This document shows positions 58,370-64,000 of a stretch of DNA of 64,000 nt, one piece after another. Made by a program: the position numbers and the translations under genes. The DNA comes from Podarcis muralis. Its lineage: Eukaryota. Where the stretch lies: positions 16,926,001 to 16,990,000 of the forward strand of contig NC_135669.1 of NCBI RefSeq assembly GCF_964188315.1, given 5' to 3'. The notes below the pieces were generated by a model, which searched no databases, had not been told where the DNA came from, and saw only the letters and a list, made by a program, of their open reading frames with translations. Positions within the stretch are counted from its first letter, which is position 1; the number at the start of each line of letters is the position of its first letter.

Positions 58370-61300
58370 TTAGTCGTCTGCTTCTTTCCTAGACTTCTGT
58401 TGCTGGGCTAGGTACATTTGCAGTCGACAGACAGGGAGTGGAATATGCCTGCAAAAGAGAATGCAGAGCTTGCTTAAGCTGCTGCTGTTGCAATCTCTAC
58501 CCTGCAACAGCCCAGCCAAACTTTTGGATGCCTCCCTGGGGCTTTTCTTGGCCACTATTTGGCTGGATACCTGTAAGCCTCTCGGTGGATGGTGGCAAAA
58601 TCTTGCCCTCCCTCAGTCTGGATGGGTTTCAGTTCTGGCTTGTAGCTCTTGGCCTTCTCCGCTCTCTTCAGCAGATAAGTGCTGCATGTTGTGGTTTGGC
58701 TTCCAAAATGGCCCTTTTGAAACAAAACAGAAACAAGCAGCAGATGCTTTCAGTGTCCGTTGGCAGAGATGGGATACAGTATTAAAATGTCCTTTGTCTG
58801 ACACCTTAAGCCACAGCCATGAGCGGAGCTGACAAAGGGCTTCCTGTGAGAGAGCAGCCCAATCCACCACGTTCACATCCGCTTCATATATGCTTGCAGA
58901 AGAGGTAGTTTAACTAGAAACGGGAAGGACTGAGAGTGGAGTAGATCGTTGAGGAAATTTGAAAATGATGCTAGGCAGTGTGCGTGCATCTTGTCCACTC
59001 TTCCTAATGAAGAGCTGATCCAGTTTCAACTCCTGCTTCCTTGGGCTTGAACAACAGGTGCATTTCCCTTTGGAAATCTGCGGTGCCCTGAGAGATTGGG
59101 AACAGGCATTTTTGGGGGTGGGGAGCTGCTTTTTTCACCTCGATTCAGCTACTGAGGAAGATTGGGGTTTGCTATTGATGCCTTTAGGCTCTTGCTTGCA
59201 ACACGTCCCTTTTTGGTGATTCTACTTCACAGAAGCTATACATTAGGGGCAAGTTTTTCTTCCCAGACCCATGAAGAGGACAGCCTTCCCACCACTCTTT
59301 CTAACGTCCTTGCTGCAAATCAAGCCACTTCTCTGTCTAACCTAGTCTTGTCTGCTGTGACTGACAGGGCTGAGGCAGGATGCATCCCTCTCATCACCTT
59401 TAGACCGGAAATGCCAGAGACTGGACCTGGAGCCTTATAAGTATTCGAGGATGTGACTAGGCAGGATTCCAGGGTGCAGTGATGGCTTGGCCCCCGAGCT
59501 ACGGCTCTGCCCCAAAGCACACTCTGCTCAATGGGTCCCTTACCAAGGGGTGGGTGCAGCTTCCTTCCCGAGGGTCTCCATATCGAATACGAGGCTGAGC
59601 TCCCCAGTCCCTGAAGAAGAACCTGTGTGCTGTGGAGTTGTCAAACTGGGCAGCCAGAGATTTCAGGGCTGTGCCTGGATGTTTAGTAGGCTCCGCATGG
59701 TTGAGGAGGACAGGAAGGTGATAAGGAAGCTGCAAGAGGAGAGGAATGCAAAAAAGATACAGGTAAAGGTAAAGGAGGGATGCGGGTAACGCTGTGGGTT
59801 AAACCACAGAGCCTAGGACTTGCCGATCACAAGGTCGGTGGTTCGAATCCCCGCGACAGGGTGAGCTCCCGTTGCTTGGTCTCTGCTCCTGCCAACCTAG
59901 CAGTTCGAAAGCAAAGTGTAAGTAGATAAATAGGTACCGCTCCAGCGGAAAGATAAACGGTGTTTCCGTGCGCTGCTCTGGTTCGCCAGAAGTGGCTTAG
60001 TCATGTTGGCCACATGACCCGGAAGCTGTACGCCGGCTCCCTTGGCCAATAAAGCGAGATGAGCGCCGCAACCCCAGAGTCGGTCACAACTGGACCTAAT
60101 GGTCAGGGGTCCCTTTACCTTTACCTTAAAGGTAAAGGATCTCTGGACAGTTAAGTCCAGTCAAAGGTGACTGTGGGGTGCAGTGCTCATCTCGCTTCAG
60201 GCTGAGGGAACTGGTGTTTGTCCACAGACAGCTTTCTGGGTCATGTGGCCAGCATGACTAAACTGCTTCTGGCACAACCGAACATTATGACAGAAACCAG
60301 AGTGCACGGAAACACCGTTTACCTTCCTGCCACAGCAGTACCTATTTATCTACTTGCACTGGCATGCTTCCGAACTGCTAGGTTGGCAGAAGCTGGGACA
60401 GAGCAACGAGACCTCACCACCGTCACAGGGATTGGAACCACCAACCTGATTGGCAAGCCCAAGAGGCTCAGTGGTTTAGACCACAGCGCCATCCGCATCC
60501 CTTCAGAAAGTAGCTGCAGATGTAGGTGAAGGAGGCAGGGAAGGGAATTATCTGCTTGCCCAGCTAGCTGACCCACGTTAGAGGTGGAACACTGGGTTGG
60601 GATGTGACTAGGCTTCATTCCAGTAGAGCCAAGGGAGCAATGAGGACTTGAAGCTACCCTATAAGTGAAGCCTGAAGGTCTTGGGCATGATGCCAATAGG
60701 AAGTGGGACCCTCATATTTTGCAATTCAATGGGCTCCACTGTTTCCCTCCCTAAGCCTTAGGGGCGAGGGGAGATAAATTTCAAGCAGGAAAGTACTACC
60801 CTCATTCTCTTACCAACTTCCTTTGCTGCTGGGGTGAACCCTTACCTTGGTAACGTTGTCTCCTTCAAATTTCCCAGCTTCCTCTGCCCCCCGGTTCTTT
60901 TTCAGCGTGATGAGCTTGGCACGAGAGTATGCAGAGGCGTTCCATCTACGGTAGCTCTCTCTGTGTACAGTCTGGAAGTTGGTTCTGTGCAGAAGTGATG
61001 GCGTGTGAGAATCTGCAGCGAATAGTCCCATTGTTAAGTCTCGGGTTACCGAAAGGCCTTTAAGCCAGTTGCACCACGCAGCAATATTTGTTCTCTCATT
61101 GTGAAGGAATAGTGATTCATTTGATCCTCTTGGGAACTGCTTTTAGAGTCTCAAAAGAGCCTGGTCTTACCTCGCTGACCTTTTCATGGTTGGCCAACGA
61201 AAATTGCCCTGGGTACACCTGTGCTAATGTAACAATACCCAAGAAGAAGATGCTGCACTTTCTCATGGGCAGAGGGGTCCTGGGAGAGGATGAAAGGGAA

Positions 61301-62755
61301 CCTTTCTTGGGACTTTAAACCGCTTGCCAAAGAAGAGTCAGTCCTGCGGCACCTTAAAGGCTAACAAATTCATTGATTTATGGCATAACTTTCCATGGAC
61401 CAAAACACATGTCATCAGATGCATGAAGTGATATCTCAGTTGACTGGTGTAGATGCAGGAGGAGAAAAATGCAAGGTGGGAGTTGAACAGTCATGAGATG
61501 CAAAAAGTACCATCAGTGATCATTCAATTAGAGCTTAGAGGGTATGTTAAACAGGCACAGGAACCCTTGACACAGCAAATTGGTGATCATTTACTCAGCA
61601 CTGCAAAGATAATTATGTTAACACCTATATTTGGGCAGGAAACCATGGTCTCTATTCAGACTCAGATGAACGTTTTTGAACTTACAGTGGTACCTCGCAA
61701 GACGAATGCCTCGCAAGACGGAAAACTCGCAAGACGAAAGGGTTTTTGGTTTTTTGAGCTGCTTCGCAAGACGATTTTCCCTATGGGCTTGCTTCGCAAG
61801 ACGGAAACGTCTTGCAAGTTTGTTTCCTTTTTCTTAAAACCATTAATACAGTTGCGACTTCACTTCGAGGAGCAACTCATAGCACGTGGTGTGGTAGCCT
61901 TTTTTGAGGTTTTTGAAGACTTTGGTGATTTTTGAAGCTTTTCCAAAACTTTTCTGAAACTGTGCTTCGCAAGACGAAAGAATCGCAAGACGAAAAAACT
62001 CGCGGAACGAATTAATTTCGTCTTGCGAGGCACCACTGTACTGATGAGTGAATCCAGCGGATTCACACTGAAGTTCCTTTCTCTGAGGATGGCCCTTTGC
62101 CTCCCCAAGATCAACAGCAAAGTGGTCTGGTAGGTCGAAATGTTCTCCTTTCTGAAATCCTATTTCTGTGCATTTATTCTTTCCCATTGGTGCTGGCGCA
62201 TTTGCCCAATGTAGAAAATCTTACGCCATGATCAATGGCTTTGTCTTTAAGGTGCCGTTGGCCTCTTCCTGGTTTTGTTTTGTTTTGACGGTATCAGACT
62301 AACAGGTGAAGTCCCTGCTCCTGTCTCTCCTCAGTCCCAAACCTCTCCAGAATCGTTCCCCAGCACCTGAGATGCTCACCTGAAAGCTGGGTTGATTGCC
62401 AGGTTGTCCAGAGGAGGCAGGGCAGGTGCAGCCTGGCCAAGAAAGGCCCTTTGTTCTGGGAAATCGCTTTGGTACTTGGTCACATATTCAGCTGCTGCTG
62501 GTTCTGAGGATTTTGTGATGGCCCTCTTCTCTCCAAGAAATGCCCCCTTCTCCAAGGGCAAGGGGTGGCTGGGGGTGGTGACGACATTTACTCCTGCAGA
62601 GCAGAAAATGGTGAATGATACCCTTTTATTTTGGTGTGAAGAGTTCTGATCCTCAGCCTTGTAACTCCCCCTGTATGGAAGGCTGCTTTTAATCCTAGGG
62701 AAAACTCACCTGGACTGTGTTCAGGTGGGGGCAGATACGGGAAGAGATGAAACAT
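58370..62755 (-). CDS. SAXO/FAM154-like axonemal microtubule-binding protein, ~268 aa; complement(join(58370..58448,58571..58713,59544..59729,60846..60984,62380..62593,62710..62755))
   Basis: Six GT-AG exons join in frame (807 nt). Repeated 11-residue Mn-like motifs occur every ~35-38 aa: AEYVTKYQSDF, TNFQTVHRESY, FEGDNVTKLPY, FDNSTAHRFFF, FGSQTTTCSTY, QDFATIHREAY. The start codon and the exon-4 acceptor are less certain. Confidence 0.78.
59777..60126 (+). mobile_element. Young Sauria SINE inserted in the tail of an older, opposite-strand Sauria SINE
   Basis: TSD TAAAGGTAAAGGA at 59764-59776 and 60127-60139. Confidence 0.9.
60127..60501 (-). mobile_element. Older Sauria SINE (tail continues at 59761-59776)
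   Basis: Core CCTATTTATCTACTTGCAC and head ending GCATCCC. Confidence 0.88.
61685..62038. mobile_element. Tc1/mariner MITE, family 3
   Basis: TIRs CAGTGGTACCTCGCAAGACG / CGTCTTGCGAGGCACCACTG with TA TSD. Confidence 0.9.
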
Positions 62756-63977
62756 TTTAGTTCAAAGACCTGACGCAGCCTCCAACTTAGAAATGCAACC
62801 AGGCCTCCCATTCCTGCCCCAGCTTAGCTCTGATTTGGTAGAACCAATACTATATTTGAGGTTAGTTGAATGTCCCCTTATCAAGCTTAGTTTTGGTGCT
62901 GCTGCTTTCTTCATTTTTAGCTTTACCTGGCTGGTCTGGAAGCTGCCTCTTTAATCCCTTGCTTCCGGAGCTGTTCTTGACTGCAGAGCTGCAGGGCTGG
63001 AGCTTGCTTGGAGGTTGCGAGAGGGCAGATGCCCGTGGTGGGAAGGGGAGCCGGCAGAGAGCCTGGCTCTGGAAGGGTCCCTGTGGGTGCTGGCCTCTCC
63101 TCTCCTGCAAAGCAGATGGCCCCACAACCCGCTCAGTAAATCTCACCTGCACGCCTCTCACTTTCCACCTGTGTGTTCATAAAACTGTCAAGTGCTGTGA
63201 TGACGTTATGTTTAGGAGCAGGGGGCTTTATCAAATGTACAAGCAAACCTGAGCCAAGGTTTGGCCCATGCAGGGTACTGCATAGAGATGAAACTTTGTT
63301 TCCTTCCGATTTCTTTAACAGAAATAATTCCAACCAAAAGCTCCCCTTTCTTCCCTTCAAGGTGTTTGAAGCTGTTTCCCCCTGAGATGTGCTAAAAGCA
63401 AGAGGGCAAATTAAGTAGGTATTTGCGTGCAGAACTGGGAGCTCCCCCTCACCCCAGGTGACAGGAGACCCCCCCCCCTTGTCTTTACCTTCGTGGGATG
63501 CTTGGTTCTCTTGCCTGGATCCCAGACGACAAACTCTGCCCTCTGGGTGGTCTGGAGGTCCATGGGAGGAGGATTTGGGTGTGGAGGGGTGCAGGGGGGC
63601 CTCTTGCTGCTGCGCGGGTGCACAGCTGTTTGGAGCAGGGGGGAAAGAACAGCAGTTAAGTGCTGGGATATGGTTGAGATCAGGGAAACGAAGGCACTGA
63701 CCCAGCCTTTTCCCAGGCCAGCTGGGCCCCCCTTCCCCTCTTACCAGGTGGGCAAGTGTAAGTTGCCTTGTAGTGAGAGAGCCAGCCCTTCCCAGTCTTC
63801 GGCTGCGCCAGCAGCACCCGTTGCTTCCGGCAGTTCCTGTGGCGCTTGTGGCGGCTGCATGGGAAGCAAGCAAGCATCTGAGAACTAGGTGGCATCAAGG
63901 GGGCTTGTCTCTCTGGCAACAGCTCTGTGTGCCAAGGAAAAAAGGGATACTTTTTTTGTTATTTGTACATATACAGC

Positions 63978-64000
63978 GGGATGTGGGTGGCGCTGTGGGT
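63978..64000 (+). mobile_element. 5' end of another Sauria SINE (cut by window edge)
   Basis: GGGATGTGGGTGGCGCTGTGGGT matches the heads of the other copies. Confidence 0.7.

Noticed and set aside
58563-58570. GTATCC donor in the SAXO-like gene as a second U12 intron
   Set aside because: It continues AG rather than TT, and no TTCCTTRAC branch precedes the acceptor at 58449.
61680-62160. MITE apparently inserted into the TA of a - strand GTAAGT donor (62041), suggesting a disrupted exon at ~62042-62150
   Set aside because: The SAXO-like frame joins directly from 62380 to 60984 with correct phase and repeat spacing, and the putative exon lacks a good acceptor. Probably chance, since TA is the MITE target.

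Overview
Eukaryotic genomic DNA from a squamate, probably a lacertid lizard (inferred from abundant Sauria SINEs). It covers the conserved apolipoprotein cluster: the 3' end of APOA1 (+), then APOC3 (-), APOA4 (+), APOA5 (+), ZPR1 (+, 14 coding exons, one U12-type intron) and BUD13 (+, 11 coding exons). A sixth complete gene follows, convergent with BUD13: six coding exons on the - strand, about 268 aa, with Mn-motif repeats typical of SAXO/FAM154 axonemal microtubule proteins. All exon chains were assembled by hand from GT-AG boundaries and keep frame. Introns and intergenic DNA are dense in TEs: Sauria SINEs, L1/L2/CR1/RTE fragments, Tc1/mariner-type MITEs and hAT MITEs. Five observations stand out. 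(1) An intact hAT element in APOC3 intron 1 appears to have captured the 5' coding fragment of RANBP9. (2) The SAXO-like gene sits where the human region has no protein-coding gene. (3) A ~234-bp target-site-like duplication around a Sauria SINE duplicates the ZPR1 poly(A) signal. (4) A 26-copy, 42-43-bp minisatellite abuts the ZPR1 core promoter. (5) APOA4 keeps a 5'-UTR intron that mammals lack. Gene names come from recalled orthologue sequences and synteny; no searches were run.
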